Source of the DNA: Trypethelium eluteriae
Taxonomy: Eukaryota
Direction of reading: 5' to 3'
NCBI GenBank assembly: GCA_051942245.1
Contig: JAVECL010000217.1
Span: 1-35,266, forward strand
DNA: 35,266 nucleotides
In this document: piece by piece, positions 33,755 through 35,266 of the stretch
How positions within the stretch are numbered: the stretch's first letter is position 1
How the letters are laid out: the number at the start of each line of letters is the position of its first letter
The notes under the pieces: model-generated
The model's database searches: none
What the model was told of the DNA's origin: nothing
The model's input: only the letters and a program-made list of their open reading frames with translations
Program-made: the position numbers and the translations under genes

Positions 33755-35266
33755 ATGTCCGCCTCCGCCATTTCGAACCCTCCTATGCAAACTGGAGAAT
33801 CGAAAAGTTCCAAGAAGAAGAAGGCCAAGGGAGAATCGTCCGCGTCTTCTACTCCACTTCAGGGCATGGGATCCGAATCTCAAGCCGAGTCAGCCATCCA
33901 AGAAGCCAAGACAAACGGACTCGATTCACCTCACGAGAGCCAATACGTTCGCGAGCTAAACAAGTACTTTAACAACCTTAAATATTCATGGCGAGCTGGT
34001 AGCTAATACGGCTTAACAGAAATATTCGCAATGTCACGAAGAAGCTTGTACGCCATCCTTCAAGCCCTCAAATGGAAGTTCACCTCAGTATAAGACTGAC
34101 ATTTCTACAGAACGCGACTCAGAAAGTTGATGCCATAATCGCTGAAAACCCAGGCCAATCTCTCGATGCTCTCGTCACCACTCGCAAAATTAACGCCGAT
34201 CAAAAAGAACAAGCACTCCGCAAACCCGGTCTCCAAGCTCAGCTCCAGCAACTCGAGGAACAGGTTGCCCAGTACAAGAAATTCGATGAAGAGTATCAGC
34301 ATCGGTTATTGACGGAGAGAGAATTGCTACAATCTACGCATAAACAAGAGCTTGAGAGATTGACGGAGACAATCAAGGCTGAGGCAGCTATAGAGGCGAA
34401 AAAGGATGTCAAGCACCGCCTCCTGACATTCTCGCGCTTCTTACGAGCCGCAGCTGCAATGAGGCAGAACGAAGACGAGAACTCGGAAGAAGGGAAGGCA
34501 TTCGAAGGCGCGCTACTGCTTGTGTATGGAGGAGACACCAATGCAGTCGCTGCGGCGGAGAAGGTGATTGACGGCACAGATGATCTTGTTCCAGCTACGG
34601 ATGGGACCGTCCTGTCCGTGACATGTAAGTCGAACTCATCAAACCTTCATGCTGAGTTGGACTCTAGCTGACGTTTCCACAGATGCCCAAGTGAAAGCCA
34701 AGGCTCTCGAAGGCGCACCCGACGAGGCCTACGCTGAGCCGGACCTGGAACCTCCCCCACTATCTGCCGCACCTACCCCCCCCAGTGACCCCACTCTCGC
34801 CCATGCTGCCTCGACCGAGCTCGCCGACCTCTCTACTACCGACGGCGCCCTTGACAACCCAACCACATCCACTCTCCCACCCCAATCCAGCACGGGCGAT
34901 TCCGCCGCCAACGCCTCAGCAGAACAACACTGGGACAACACCAAAGCAGCCGCTGGCGATGACCCTCTAGCAGAGTCCTTCGAGATGGTGCCACGCGACC
35001 CAGCCGAGACGGAGACGCCGGCGGAGGCGAGCGCGAGCGTGAGCGTGGGGTTGGAAGGCAATAAACAGAGTTGGGCGGACGAGGCGACAAGCGAGGCGAA
35101 TACTCTGGCTGCTGCGGGAGGTGCTGCTCAGGAGGAGGCAGTTGTGGCGGCGAACGGAAATGTGAATGATGGTTTCCATCAGGTAGTACATCATCAGAGA
35201 GCGAGAGGACGTGGAGGTGTGGGCGGTGAGCACGGGGGAAGGAGGGGACGCGGTGGGTTTCGAGGG
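33755..35266 (+). CDS. Conserved fungal coiled-coil/RGG protein (YAG7/caprin-like), 3'-truncated by the window edge
   Basis: Introns 33964-34019, 34048-34110 and 34625-34682 give YVRELNK/NIRNVTKKL/NATQKVD..KINADQ..LRKPGLQAQLQQLEEQ..FSRFLRAAA..AFEGALLLVYGGD. Acidic disordered region, then RGRGG repeats at the window end. Confidence 0.8.

Noticed and set aside
1..35266. CRISPR arrays, rRNA, transposons and a secondary-metabolite cluster
   Set aside because: Eukaryotic housekeeping region with no spaced repeats, LTR/TIR, transposase/RT motifs, AT-rich RIP blocks or PKS/NRPS genes visible.

Overview
A gene-dense, intron-containing eukaryotic window from a filamentous ascomycete (Pezizomycotina; short GT..CTRAC..YAG introns). 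About 18 protein-coding genes can be modelled by hand. In order: the 3' end of a conserved hypothetical gene, VPS55, proteasome alpha-6 (PRE5), a 4-exon 78-aa CENP-W/Wip1-like gene missed by the ORF track, NRD1/seb1, citrate synthase, the citrate/oxoglutarate carrier YHM2, a Mid2-like membrane protein, EMC7, CLPTM1-like, LOG, a stand-alone GH3-C-like domain protein, CENP-I/Mis6, VPS68, LOC1, an Eht1/Eeb1-like hydrolase, the cohesin loader Scc4/MAU2 and a 3'-truncated caprin/YAG7-like gene. I found no rRNA, tRNA, CRISPR array or recognisable transposon. The most unusual signals lie in the NRD1 gene of the known nrd1-cit1-yhm2 cluster: a ~1 kb upstream region with no AUG on the sense strand, and an oversized intron holding a long hairpin. 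Together they suggest an undescribed RNA-level autoregulatory module. Three functionally linked chromosome-segregation genes and both subunits of the Vps55-Vps68 complex also co-occur here. All family assignments come from motif recognition, not database searches.
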